33,422 nucleotides of DNA from a virus (IMGVR_UViG_3300031519_000112:1-33422); one strand, 5' to 3'; shown: positions 9,001 to 17,507, counted from the first letter of the stretch. A program made the numbers and translations. Notes: a model not told the origin generated them from the sequence alone.

Positions 9001-11196
9001 AAGATAATGAATGACAACCCAAATTACGTTCCATTCCATCGCGTAATGGTGAGTCAGTTGTTTGAGGGAGCAGGATTAACGCAAGCCCAGATAACAGAAG
9101 CTTTAAGCGTGCTTACTGAAACAGAAATAGAAGAGATTTCAGAGTCCAAGATTATTGGTCAAGAACAATATGACAAAATAGTTGCTTCAAATCTTAACAT
9201 AGCTGACGCAATAAAGCCTATATCTGGCTCTACAGGACTTTCAGGCAAGCCGTCTGGTCTATTCACTGGCGCTAAGTCGCAATGGCTTACGCAACGATTT
9301 AAAGGGTCTGAGCGCGCTGTTAAAGGCCCCTTATACTCTATTATTAAATCTACTATGGCTGTATTAGATGTTGCCGCAAGGAACACCATAGCAAGAAGTA
9401 TAGGCGATTTGCATAGTTATATGCCCGAGTATATACAAAAAGTTAATCCTGCTCCTTTGTATGATAGTAAAGACAGGGTAGTTAAAGACGCTGACGGCAA
9501 CACTGTGATGAATCCAATTCCTCCTATTGGGGCAATGGAAGTCTATAAAGATGGGAAGAAGCAATACTATAAGGTTTCTAAGCCTATTTTAGATGCGTTG
9601 ACTGGAATGACAACAGAGCAACTTAATTTTGTTAATAGATTTTTGATAGAAGCTGTAACACTTCCTATAACTACTTACAGGGTAGGAGCGACAATATCTC
9701 CTGAGTTTATTGCATCTATTGTCTGGAGAGATCAGTTTGCCGCGCCACTACTAAGTGGAACTTCTGCAAACCCTATTGATATGGTTAGAGGTATAACCGC
9801 AATTATGGGTAAAACTGATTTATATTACGAATGGCTAGCAACTGGCGGTTCAATGGCAGGGTACATGGACGTATCCGATACTGGAATGATAGATGCGTAC
9901 AAAGATTTAATGAATGATGAGGGTTATTTGCTTAAGCTTGCTAAGTCAGGTGGGTTTAAGCCGTTAAAGGATTTGTTAAAAGTAACAGACCAATCAGTCA
10001 GAATAGGCATTTATCTAGCAAGCAAACGGCAAGGTTTATCAAATATTGAGAGTGCAGTAAAGGGTCGAGAAGGAACAGTTGATTTTAACAAGTCAGGAGT
10101 TTTGGGCAAGAAAGTAAACAAATGGAATCCGTTTTTTAATGTTGGAATTCAATCTGTTATTAAGCTAGCTACTGCCGCTAAAGAAAACCCAAAGGCTTTT
10201 TCTCTTCTAGCTCTTAGCACTATTACATTACCAAGTTTATTGCTTGCAGGATATTATTTATTTGATGCTCCCGATGATGAGCGAGAGGAATGGTTAAATA
10301 TTCCCCAATGGATTAAAGACGGTCACTGGGTATGGAAGTCTGATGGTGAGTGGCATCAACAGAAAAAACCTTACGCTCCCGGATATATTTTTGGAAGTAT
10401 TCCTGAAAAGTTTTTAACTTGGACTTATGAAGGAGATAAACCAGAGGGCAAAGCATTTTATGAAGAGCACGTAAAAGGATTCATCGCGGCTACTCTTCCG
10501 TTTAGTAATGCTGGGTCTATCCTTCCTCCGCCAGTTAGGTCTGCCTTAGAGTGGAATTCAAATTATAGCTTCTTTAAAGATAGGGCTGAATATCCTGATT
10601 GGATGGATAACCTAGAGCCAGAGTTAAGATCGGGATCGTACACCACGGATACTGCTAAGTTATTAGGTGAGCAGTTTAATGTGTCTCCCGCAAAAGTCGA
10701 TGCCCTCTTGAAAAACACATTTGCTACTGGGGCAAAATACATGACCAATGCGGGTGATAGAATCATTCGCGAAATGGCTGAATATAAAAACCAACCATTA
10801 CCAGAAAAACCAGATTCTGCTAAGAACGAACTATTTTGGGGAGCTTTTGTTGTCAACAGCCCTAGAAGCCTTCAGTCTATTACAGGAAGTAATTTATACA
10901 AAATTGCTGATGATGTTAAAATGAAAGAAAGTTCTGTTGCTCGATTTAGCGAAGAAAAGGCGGAGGCTTATAAGGAAAAGCATGAGTTTGTATTTGATCA
11001 AGCCCGAATGATTAAGCGAGCATTAAAGAAAGTCACAGCTATTAACAAGCAAGTTAAAGAAATAAGAGCAGATGAAGGCTACACAGGCAAAGAAAAAGAA
11101 AAAATAATAATTGAGTATGACATTGAAAGATATGATATTGCTAAAGAAGCCGTGGGAGAATATGTTGACGGCTTAAAATCTATGGCAAAAGAATAG
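6037..11196 (+). CDS. large internal virion protein with LPD38-like C-terminal domain
   Basis: 1719 aa. C-terminal VDFNKSG, NPFFNVGIQ, WLNIPQWIKD, KPY..GYIFGSIPE, NYSFF and SPAKVDALL resemble large polyvalent protein domain 38. Lies just before the tail fibre. Confidence 0.7.
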   Translation: MPKNDFNPTRKGTLDKVKKSVASGALTAENFDLAITASQDNQQVAEYLNSITPEYDSAIPKESEIPYGQEFDAPVEEEFGIPVDAVEEDVLVEEFGLSAVDANAEISLGVTAVNRVALGQSVDLNSTDPEIQFVNEVAQKNEATTMDLAITRFSPEQIDKWKNNPIGFSEADRFVTAADMIPLGSVVTGYELGKLAMVAEKIRNGKEISESEESQFNEWLDLHIEKQIRGFSWQGGMAYYGSQIPAFMVEFALTSGVGKTAQVAAKQAITKGVMTSVETAAVAKLAGQAASGAARVVAMSPIRASGTYGRERLGQKVQLTTDGMAVLTEARERPAVTALRAFAYTGAEVLSEMSGGVIGRNLVNPIVGRLKTKAITSINKLPPKLVDGLLKSYQMIQPNAVLSDIITRVGWHGMINELGEERVADALTLYADMAFGETYTADEIWDRLVPSKDQFLLEAGLISIPGGAKTLGALTGNLMSGKGHSQEQVDTVLNTALNDELANYIEAETYVEDKPDLQVALNEKYLDEGGPAKVAEVAVTESLLLAYDKSIEPANVKKKQGIIKGLVAQAKAVNKKATKFKDFIAAGGPLDVKQLISEGFDPKDLEDGKVKFGKNLKRVWSLQNPQQTISQLTERYNEELSLFDGDVVADKSRELSDNDMISMLMDWVNSDSPQTFLIDPVATAELDQINMRLDDIDQVPESELQEYFDNMYMEYAEESGTQVPVEVESFSGVDSIEYASSASEAEFQNEINELDLYLDGLNNRISEEAYNAQTPALYDQITEQEIFDGPIPILDHTQSIGQSLLTDWHTKFAPIEAAVKLAENRKGPLPKGQNPTLLISTFGGIAGKLQAFLEHSTYTMTINGEIVKTGVGYKPILDGFDSLILSTEPNKKQRKADLEKYLISRRITQDLQNFTIPSTGEEIVGPVTERRISAEQALQAELDMAALRIKYGDSIQYFDNTAEALYAFQKRVLHLLVDSGNMSKEKFDKIMNDNPNYVPFHRVMVSQLFEGAGLTQAQITEALSVLTETEIEEISESKIIGQEQYDKIVASNLNIADAIKPISGSTGLSGKPSGLFTGAKSQWLTQRFKGSERAVKGPLYSIIKSTMAVLDVAARNTIARSIGDLHSYMPEYIQKVNPAPLYDSKDRVVKDADGNTVMNPIPPIGAMEVYKDGKKQYYKVSKPILDALTGMTTEQLNFVNRFLIEAVTLPITTYRVGATISPEFIASIVWRDQFAAPLLSGTSANPIDMVRGITAIMGKTDLYYEWLATGGSMAGYMDVSDTGMIDAYKDLMNDEGYLLKLAKSGGFKPLKDLLKVTDQSVRIGIYLASKRQGLSNIESAVKGREGTVDFNKSGVLGKKVNKWNPFFNVGIQSVIKLATAAKENPKAFSLLALSTITLPSLLLAGYYLFDAPDDEREEWLNIPQWIKDGHWVWKSDGEWHQQKKPYAPGYIFGSIPEKFLTWTYEGDKPEGKAFYEEHVKGFIAATLPFSNAGSILPPPVRSALEWNSNYSFFKDRAEYPDWMDNLEPELRSGSYTTDTAKLLGEQFNVSPAKVDALLKNTFATGAKYMTNAGDRIIREMAEYKNQPLPEKPDSAKNELFWGAFVVNSPRSLQSITGSNLYKIADDVKMKESSVARFSEEKAEAYKEKHEFVFDQARMIKRALKKVTAINKQVKEIRADEGYTGKEKEKIIIEYDIERYDIAKEAVGEYVDGLKSMAKE

Positions 11197-11222
11197 CGGT
11201 ATAAGTTTAACGCGGAAAATAG

Positions 11223-11228
11223 TATAAT
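11223..11228 (+). promoter_or_regulatory. candidate -10 box upstream of the tail fibre gene
   Basis: Perfect TATAAT in the 57-nt intergenic gap. No convincing -35 box. Confidence 0.4.
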
Positions 11229-11253
11229 TGGCACAATAAAATGAGGCAAGATA

Positions 11254-13209
11254 ATGACCGTATCGGCATTAACCACAAGAAATGACATAACGGCTACGTC
11301 AGGACAGGACACTTTTACCTATACTTTCATGGTATTAGCTACTACTGACATGACTGTTTACCAGAATGGGGCTTTACTGGCCTCTGGTTACACTGTAAAC
11401 GGTGTTGGCTCTACAACTGGTGGAACAGTAGTCCTAGACACTGGAGCCTTAACAGGACAGATTGTGAGCCTTGTGTTGGCTATGCCTTTAGATCGCACTA
11501 CTGACTATCAAAACAGTGGTGACTTCCTTGCCTCAGATGTTAACGCAGACTTTGACAAAATCTATGTTGGTGCTATCCAGAATGAGAATTGGATTGATCG
11601 CGGTCTAAGATTACAAGAAGTAGAGCCACCTACTGCTGGCGTAGACATGACTATCCCTTTAAAAGCCGATAGGTTAGGTAAGGTCTTAGCATTTGATTCT
11701 ACTACTGGTGGGCCTATAGCTAGTTCTCTGGCTCAACAGTATGATTCTACCTCTTGGAATGTTTACGACTTTACAGGGGATGGATCGACTACAGCATTTA
11801 CTTTAGGGTCTGATCCAAGTTCTGAAAACAATACTCAGATTTATATTGATGGTGTCTATCAACAAAAAGATGGATACAGTCTAGTAGGAACAGTATTAAC
11901 TTTTTCTGTTGCACCCCTTAACCTAAGCACTATTGAAGTTATGGTTACGACAGCTATGGCAGTTGGAGCTACTAGCGCTGATCTAGTGTCTTATACCCCT
12001 GCAACAGGAAGTGTAACCACTGTTCAAGATGCCCTTGTTCCGTCACAAGGAAGCATGAGAATTGACTTTGGCGAAAACGGAACTTTTACTTACTCAAGCG
12101 ATCCTGTCGTCAATGTAAATAGAAACGTCGATGATACTGGCTACGCAGGAAACGGCCATTGCTTTAGTGATTCCTCTACAATCACAAGAGACGGCGGCAT
12201 AAGTTACGCTTCTTATGATGCTAGAATTAATATAAGCGGTACTGAAAATTACGGTCACTTTGCTCCTTTTCAAAATGGCATAGTCCATAACACATCAGGA
12301 ACTACTAGCATTCTTTACGGCTATGTCGATGTGCCTTCCGTCACTAATGGAACCGTAGGAACTAGATATGGCATTAAAATTAATGATGTCGCAACTTCTG
12401 GGTCTGGAACTGTAAGCAACAACTATGCTATTTGGATTGATCAACAGACGGCAAGTACCGCGAACAAGTGGGGTATTGTGCAGAAAGGCACAAGCAAAAA
12501 CGTATTTGAAGGTCAGGTATATTTTCAAAGTTTAATTAACTTAAATGACACTGTTGTTGATGATAGTGCTACAGCAGGAACACGGATCGGAGTAGGAACA
12601 GGCTCTGCTAGTGATCTATCTATAATGAAAGCAGATTACTCTGCTTATGTAATGACCGTACCAACAGGAACGAATCAGGCTAAGTTCTGGGGGGGCGTAA
12701 CTTCAGCAGGACTAGCAGACGGTAGCGTTTACACATTAACGTCTGACCAAACTCTTTACGGAACTGGAGCATTAGGACACATAGCCTTTAAAAATGGTAA
12801 TGGTATTGTAGGTCAAATACAGACAAGCGGCTCTGCTACTTCTTATTTAACCTCTTCTGATTATCGTTTAAAAACTGACATACAGCCGATGGAAAATGCC
12901 ATTGATAGGCTGAACGCTTTAGAGCCTGTCAATTTTGAATGGATAGAATCAGGTGAGAGAGTTGATGGCTTTATCGCGCACGATGCAAAAGTTGTAGTAC
13001 CTGATGCCGTAAGCGGTGAAAAAGACGCTATGCGGACTGAGATTGTTAAAGATGAAGATGACTTGCCCACAGGCGAAGTTCTTACAGTTCCTGCGTATCA
13101 AGGCATTGACCAATCAAAGCTAGTTCCTTTATTAACAAAAGCATTACAAGAAGCTATTTTAAAAATTGACGCATTAGAAGCAAGGGTGTCTGCGCTAGAA
13201 GCAGTTTAA
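11254..13209 (+). CDS. tail fibre/spike with T7 gp17-like N-terminal adaptor and C-terminal intramolecular chaperone (peptidase S74)
   Basis: N-terminal GQDTFTYTF...DFDKI adaptor. C-terminal SSDYRLKTDI...LNALEPVNFEW...GFIAHD...GIDQSKLVPLLTKALQE followed by a coiled coil. Confidence 0.88.
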   Translation: MTVSALTTRNDITATSGQDTFTYTFMVLATTDMTVYQNGALLASGYTVNGVGSTTGGTVVLDTGALTGQIVSLVLAMPLDRTTDYQNSGDFLASDVNADFDKIYVGAIQNENWIDRGLRLQEVEPPTAGVDMTIPLKADRLGKVLAFDSTTGGPIASSLAQQYDSTSWNVYDFTGDGSTTAFTLGSDPSSENNTQIYIDGVYQQKDGYSLVGTVLTFSVAPLNLSTIEVMVTTAMAVGATSADLVSYTPATGSVTTVQDALVPSQGSMRIDFGENGTFTYSSDPVVNVNRNVDDTGYAGNGHCFSDSSTITRDGGISYASYDARINISGTENYGHFAPFQNGIVHNTSGTTSILYGYVDVPSVTNGTVGTRYGIKINDVATSGSGTVSNNYAIWIDQQTASTANKWGIVQKGTSKNVFEGQVYFQSLINLNDTVVDDSATAGTRIGVGTGSASDLSIMKADYSAYVMTVPTGTNQAKFWGGVTSAGLADGSVYTLTSDQTLYGTGALGHIAFKNGNGIVGQIQTSGSATSYLTSSDYRLKTDIQPMENAIDRLNALEPVNFEWIESGERVDGFIAHDAKVVVPDAVSGEKDAMRTEIVKDEDDLPTGEVLTVPAYQGIDQSKLVPLLTKALQEAILKIDALEARVSALEAV

Positions 13210-13231
13210 CAAATAATTTAACGAGGTAATT

Positions 13232-13495
13232 ATGTACAATCCATTTAAAGGAAAAAGAGGCCATCTTAACGGTAGCGTAGTTGATATGTTACCCGTTACA
13301 CCTAGTGACAGTGTTGACTTATCGCAAGTTGCTATTGGTCTATACATTACAGTCGCAGGAAACGTAACATTCCATAACGTAGACGGCACATCTAGGACTA
13401 TCACTGTTCCTGATAACTTCTATCTAATATGTTCTGTTAGCCGTGTACTTGCTACTGGTACTACATCTACTGGCATACATGCGATGTTTGCATGA
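13232..13495 (+). CDS. small virion/tail-associated hypothetical protein
   Basis: 87 aa, GAGG RBS, beta-rich (VTPSDSVDL, LYITVAGNV, RVLATGTT). Confidence 0.6.
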   Translation: MYNPFKGKRGHLNGSVVDMLPVTPSDSVDLSQVAIGLYITVAGNVTFHNVDGTSRTITVPDNFYLICSVSRVLATGTTSTGIHAMFA

Positions 13496-14370
13496 TTAGC
13501 GCAAACGTTAGCGTATTCTCCATAGGCAAGGCTGTTGGTCGTGGTGGTGGTGCATCGGCAATCCCGATTTCCTATGGCGTACTTGCTGGTGGTGGTGGCG
13601 GTGGATTTGGCTATGGTGGGGGCGGTGGAGCAGGAGGAATGTTAATCGCTTCAAGTGAAATAGAAGTTGGCACTGCTTATCAAGTGACTGTAGGCGCTGG
13701 TGGCGGTGGTGCTAATAACGCGCAAAATGGCGTTAACGGAAGCAATACAGTATTCAGCTCTTTTTCTACTGCTATTGGTGGCGGAGGCGGTGGTTATTAT
13801 GCAGGGTCAGGAAGTTTAGGAGGCTCCGGTGGCGGTGGCGGTGGAAACGCTGACTACACTCACGTGGGAGGAGCAGGAACTTCTGGGCAAGGTAATGCAG
13901 GAAGTTACGGCATGGGATCGTCACAAGGGTACAGTGGTGGCGGTGGCGGAGGCAAAGGTAGCGCTGGCCAAGTTCCTTCGGGTGGCGGTGGCACTGGCGG
14001 TACAGGTAGTAACTTTAGCGCATTTGGAACTAGCACAGCTGTAGCTGGTGGTGGTGGTGGTGGGTCATACAATGGCACGTACGGCACTGGTACTGATGGG
14101 GGTGGAAGAGGTGGCTCTAGAGCGCAAATCATTAATGCAAATAATGGTACTAATTATAGCGGTGGTGGAGGCGGTGGAGGCGGCTGGTCGGGGACAGGGG
14201 CTTCTCAAAATGGTGGTAATGGAGGCTCAGGCATTATTTACTTATCCTACCCTGATTCTGTAACAGCATCATTTTCTGGTGGTGTTACTGTTAATACATA
14301 TGCTATGTCAGGAAACACTGTTGCTAGAATAATAGCGGCTGGCCCATCTGACACAGTAACCTTTGGATAA
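13492..14370 (+). CDS. glycine-rich tail-associated protein
   Basis: Repeated GGGGG blocks, N-terminal VLAGGGGGG...GGGGAGG and C-terminal GGNGGSGII, a pattern common in aquatic phage tail regions. Confidence 0.75.
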   Translation: MISANVSVFSIGKAVGRGGGASAIPISYGVLAGGGGGGFGYGGGGGAGGMLIASSEIEVGTAYQVTVGAGGGGANNAQNGVNGSNTVFSSFSTAIGGGGGGYYAGSGSLGGSGGGGGGNADYTHVGGAGTSGQGNAGSYGMGSSQGYSGGGGGGKGSAGQVPSGGGGTGGTGSNFSAFGTSTAVAGGGGGGSYNGTYGTGTDGGGRGGSRAQIINANNGTNYSGGGGGGGGWSGTGASQNGGNGGSGIIYLSYPDSVTASFSGGVTVNTYAMSGNTVARIIAAGPSDTVTFG

Positions 14371-14375
14371 TCACT

Positions 14376-14711
14376 ATGGCACATTACGCAGTATTAGATA
14401 ACAACATAGTCACTCAGGTGTTTGTCGGTAAAGACGAAGGTGATATTAACTGGGAAGAGTATTACGGAGCTACACGCACTAGTTACAATACCTTTGGTGG
14501 TGTTCACTCTGAAGATGGTACTCCCTTTAGAAAAAACTATGCAGGGATTGGCTACACTTACGACGAGGAGCGTGATGCTTTCATTCCTCCACAGCCTTAC
14601 GCTAGTTGGACACTGAACGAAGATACTTGTTTATGGGACTCACCTGTACCTTATCCTAGTGAGGGTGAACATGAGTGGGATGAAACTAACGGAGAGTGGG
14701 TAGAATTATGA
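14376..14711 (+). CDS. conserved phage protein typically paired with the glycine-rich protein
   Basis: MAHYA...TSYNT...PFRKNYAGIGYTYD...DAFIPPQPYASW...W.SPVPYP motif. Confidence 0.7.
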   Translation: MAHYAVLDNNIVTQVFVGKDEGDINWEEYYGATRTSYNTFGGVHSEDGTPFRKNYAGIGYTYDEERDAFIPPQPYASWTLNEDTCLWDSPVPYPSEGEHEWDETNGEWVEL

Positions 14712-14902
14712 ACAACTTAAAACAATTTTGGAAAAGCAGATCAAACCGATGGCAAGTATTTGGCATAACCTTAGCGGCTTTACAGGTCTATGTGTTTCAG
14801 CTTAACCTGTCTGCTGAGGCTATCATGTTAGCTAGTATACTATTTGGTATGGGTGGAATCTTTTTCCGCTACCAGACAACACAATCTATGGCCGATAAAT
14901 AA
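14708..14902 (+). CDS. small two-TM membrane protein, holin-like
   Basis: ATG at 14708 overlaps the upstream stop (ATGA). Two hydrophobic segments and a C-terminal RYQTTQS..DK. Lies at the start of the lysis region. Confidence 0.55.
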   Translation: MNNLKQFWKSRSNRWQVFGITLAALQVYVFQLNLSAEAIMLASILFGMGGIFFRYQTTQSMADK

Positions 14903-14924
14903 ATTTTAGATTCTAGGAATTAAC

Positions 14925-15131
14925 ATGGCAACGGTCAAAGAAGCATTACTCAAGCTTGAAGCGCACGAAAGGGAGTGTACTGTTCGTATGGAATCTATCG
15001 ACGACAAGTTTAAGAATATAGAGAAGCGCCTTGATGAAGGGTCTGCTCGTTTTAGAAAATCAGAGATGATGCTATGGGGAATCTATCCCCTGATCATTGG
15101 TTTGTTTCTTTTAGAGCGAGGAATGCTTTGA
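14925..15131 (+). CDS. coiled-coil plus C-terminal TM protein (XhlA-like lysis accessory)
   Basis: AGGA RBS, HERECTVR coiled coil and a single C-terminal hydrophobic helix. Confidence 0.55.
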   Translation: MATVKEALLKLEAHERECTVRMESIDDKFKNIEKRLDEGSARFRKSEMMLWGIYPLIIGLFLLERGML

Positions 15132-15508
15132 GTATTGTTGCTTCTTTGATCGCACCTATCACTGGTCTACTAGACAAATGGATACCCGATGCCGACACAA
15201 AGCAGGAGATTGCATTTGAACTTGCAACGATGTCAGAACGCCACGCGCAGGAACTCGCAGTCGCTCAGATTAAACTCAACACCGAAGAAGCAAAAGGAAA
15301 CTGGTTTCAAAGTTCATGGCGACCAGCTACAGGATGGGTCTGTGTGCTTGGATTCTCAGTCAACTTCTTAATCTCTCCACTAGCCGCAGGGTTTGGTGTG
15401 GTTATTCCTCAAGCAGATACCTCTGTAATGATGCCTGTTCTTATGGGACTCTTAGGACTGGGTGGTCTCAGGTCATACGAGAAAAGCAAGGGCATACAAG
15501 GCCAGTGA
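15128..15508 (+). CDS. holin, 3-TM GTA-holin-like
   Basis: Probable TTG start at 15128 after GAGGA. Contains FQSSWRPATGWVC and MGLLGLGGLRSYEK motifs. Directly upstream of the endolysin. Confidence 0.8.
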   Translation: MSIVASLIAPITGLLDKWIPDADTKQEIAFELATMSERHAQELAVAQIKLNTEEAKGNWFQSSWRPATGWVCVLGFSVNFLISPLAAGFGVVIPQADTSVMMPVLMGLLGLGGLRSYEKSKGIQGQ

Positions 15509-15846
15509 GATACTTCAAACTATCAGACTTTGATTGCCAAGAGACTGGCGAGAATGAGATGAATAAGGATTTCTTGATAAAACTTGATGACCTACGCCAT
15601 GAGTGTGGGTTTCCTTTTATCGTTACCTCTGGATACAGATCACCTACTCACAGTATTGAAGCTAAGAAGGTTAAAGCAGGAACTCATGCTCAAGGTATAG
15701 CCTCAGACATTCGCATTCATAATGGCGCTGAAGGCTTTGTAATCGTTTCTAAAGCTATTAAGATGGGATTCAAGGGCATAGGTGTAGCTAAGACGTTTAT
15801 CCATCTAGACGTCCGTAAGACAATGCCTGTTATCTGGAGTTATTAA
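15505..15846 (+). CDS. endolysin, peptidase M15 family Zn-peptidase
   Basis: GTG start overlaps the holin stop. Motifs YFKLSDFDC, TSGYRSP.H, H..GIASDI and GIGV...FIHLDVR. Confidence 0.88.
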   Translation: MRYFKLSDFDCQETGENEMNKDFLIKLDDLRHECGFPFIVTSGYRSPTHSIEAKKVKAGTHAQGIASDIRIHNGAEGFVIVSKAIKMGFKGIGVAKTFIHLDVRKTMPVIWSY

Positions 15847-15863
15847 AAAGCCCCCGAAGGGGC
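15845..15863 (-). terminator. intrinsic terminator for the leftward replication/nin operon
   Basis: Minus strand reads GCCCC-TTCG-GGGGC-TTTTT, at the junction of convergent operons. Confidence 0.8.
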
Positions 15864-15937
15864 AAAACAACAGAGGTATAAAAAGGAATAATGTTTAAAG
15901 CTTTTATATGAAAACCTGAGCGGTCATCACAAGTCTA

Positions 15938-16180
15938 TTATACATCAAAGAACGGATGAATCAACTTTAATTCTTCTTCAGTAGGTGGCTCTAGCCAAAT
16001 CTCTCCTTCATTCTCTACTTCCATCCAGATCAAATCTATCTCTTCTCTGGCATAAGCAGGCAATGCAAAGCCGTAGATCACCGCTTCAACAATACAATCT
16101 AGTCTTTCAGCAACGTCAGTCATTCCATATTGCTTTGCCCTGACTCTTAACTCTTCTAAATATCCAGTCATAATAGTCAC
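15938..16180 (-). CDS. hypothetical protein
   Basis: 80-aa acidic ORF packed in the operon. AGGTG precedes the second Met. Confidence 0.6.
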   Translation of the reverse strand: MTIMTGYLEELRVRAKQYGMTDVAERLDCIVEAVIYGFALPAYAREEIDLIWMEVENEGEIWLEPPTEEELKLIHPFFDV

Positions 16181-16183
16181 CTA

Positions 16184-16384
16184 TTAATGGTTAACATCCA
16201 ATTTATCTGCCAGTTTATCTAACAGATTTCTTGCCATTTGTGAATGACCAGCAAGAGAAGCACCCATTGCCTCAAAAAAAGCCACCCCATATTTAGACGC
16301 AAGATCGCCATGCCCTGTAGTGTTTAGTCTTACTATCCCTGCGTAAACTGCTCCTGCATAATTTGTGTATTGTTCTTTATTCAT
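16184..16384 (-). CDS. hypothetical protein
   Basis: 66 aa, start overlaps the ninG-like stop. Confidence 0.55.
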   Translation of the reverse strand: MNKEQYTNYAGAVYAGIVRLNTTGHGDLASKYGVAFFEAMGASLAGHSQMARNLLDKLADKLDVNH

Positions 16385-16785
16385 TGTAGTCTCTCCTCAT
16401 GGTATTTAATTAAATCATTGAATTCTTTTAACATTTCTCTGTAGTCAGCAGTGTATAGCTTTTTCATGTTTCGTTTGTCTTTATGCATCTGCCTAACAAA
16501 GTCTTCACCATACATATCTATCATCCACAACGTGTACTGTCCTTCTGCACTACCCTTTGACATTCCAAAAGCATTGCATCCTTTACACTGGGGGTGGACA
16601 TTCTCAATCTCAAGCGCCCAATACGATGAACTACCTTTAGCTATGTAGTGACCACCATCACAACTTTTCCAATGCATTCTTTTATCACAAGAAACACACT
16701 GAACCATCCCATATTCGTCTGCCGCAGATATTCTTGACAGTTTTTGTATTGCTTTCAAACATTTAGAACGTAGTGTTGAGGCCAT
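16381..16785 (-). CDS. ninG: NinG/Rap-like HNH-type recombination endonuclease
   Basis: CVSC...DGGHY...ENVHPQCKGCN Zn/HNH-like motif of the lambda NinG family. Confidence 0.8.
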   Translation of the reverse strand: MASTLRSKCLKAIQKLSRISAADEYGMVQCVSCDKRMHWKSCDGGHYIAKGSSSYWALEIENVHPQCKGCNAFGMSKGSAEGQYTLWMIDMYGEDFVRQMHKDKRNMKKLYTADYREMLKEFNDLIKYHEERLQ

Positions 16786-16796
16786 AAATTCACTCT

Positions 16797-16819
16797 ATTT
16801 TACCATACCCTGTAGGGTA
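16797..16819 (-). promoter_or_regulatory. extended -10 promoter candidate with adjacent palindrome upstream of the ninG-like gene
   Basis: Minus strand TGGTAAAAT (TGn plus TAAAAT) at 16797-16805, abutting the inverted repeat TACCCT-GT-AGGGTA at 16806-16819. Confidence 0.4.
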
Positions 16820-16899
16820 GCTCATATTTTACGCTAACCGCGCTGAAATGTACCTTAAAACGCCTTTAAAGGGGCTTCTAGGTATGCTAATGGGGGTAC

Positions 16900-17022
16900 T
16901 TACCGCTTTCTATTTTTCTTTCTCTCTTCATATTCTTTTTGTTCATCTCTTATTAGCAACCACCAACCATATATGAAAACGCCTATTCCCACAAAGAATG
17001 CTATTTTGATAATCAATTCCAC
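16900..17022 (-). CDS. 40-aa single-TM protein (not in the ORF track)
   Basis: AAGGAG RBS, then GTG start. Translates as MELIIKIAFFVGIGVFIYGWWLLIRDEQKEYEERKKNRKR*. Confidence 0.65.
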   Translation of the reverse strand: MELIIKIAFFVGIGVFIYGWWLLIRDEQKEYEERKKNRKR

Positions 17023-17033
17023 AATGTTCTCCT

Positions 17034-17507
17034 TTAGCTAACTTGTTTACGTTTGAGTTTACTGTAATCACTATCCATTGGGACGGTTAACATTACACCG
17101 CCTTTAGTGGCAAGGTCATACACCTGATCTAAAAAGAAACACCACTCACCAGCCGATAGTTTAGTCGTGCTTTTGACTTGTCCTGCAACGGTAGTGGTTT
17201 TTAAAGTATAGTCTTGAGTGCCTAGAAACTTATGCTTCATTAGCATTTTGATAGTAGCTTCATCTTTTGCAGATGGTTTGGGTGTTACCCATTTCTCAGC
17301 TATCTTTCTACACCACATATGGAACAGTTTACTCTGTGAAGTAGAAGTGGCAGGGACGTACGCTTCTAAGCGAACAACGCATGGAATAGTGTAGTCCCAG
17401 TTCTCTAGCCTCTTAATCATATACTGCATACGCTTTTCAATATCATCTTTTGATTGAATTTTAACGTGATCGCCTTGAGTAATCATACTAATTTCCTCTT
17501 TAACCAA
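17034..17507 (-). CDS. ninB: NinB/Orf-like recombination mediator
   Basis: STSQSKLFHMWCRKIA and KSTTKLSAGEWCFFLDQVY..A...GV.L resemble NinB/YbcN motifs. Located next to ninG. The true start may be a later Met. Confidence 0.65.
   Translation of the reverse strand: MVKEEISMITQGDHVKIQSKDDIEKRMQYMIKRLENWDYTIPCVVRLEAYVPATSTSQSKLFHMWCRKIAEKWVTPKPSAKDEATIKMLMKHKFLGTQDYTLKTTTVAGQVKSTTKLSAGEWCFFLDQVYDLATKGGVMLTVPMDSDYSKLKRKQVS

Noticed and set aside
13585-14230. GGT/GGC trinucleotide runs as a DNA repeat element, and the antisense poly-Pro ORF 13905-14132
   Set aside because: Both are explained by poly-glycine coding on the plus strand.
1364-14616. Many 60-110 aa antisense or alternate-frame ORFs in the track within the structural genes
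   Set aside because: They are almost all nested in long genes with clear phage motifs, and they show no recognisable motifs. They are treated as shadow ORFs.
11254-14711. Diversity-generating retroelement, suggested by the BPP-1-like head genes
   Set aside because: No reverse transcriptase ORF and no template/variable repeat pair were seen.
15074-15504. Upstream starts given in the track for the holin (15074) and endolysin (15316)
   Set aside because: The extensions overlap upstream genes extensively. The coupled starts at 15128 and 15505 fit better.
15864-15937. Mini-ORF MFKAFI* with an AAGGA RBS after the endolysin
   Set aside because: It has only six codons and no supporting evidence, so it is likely chance or a remnant.
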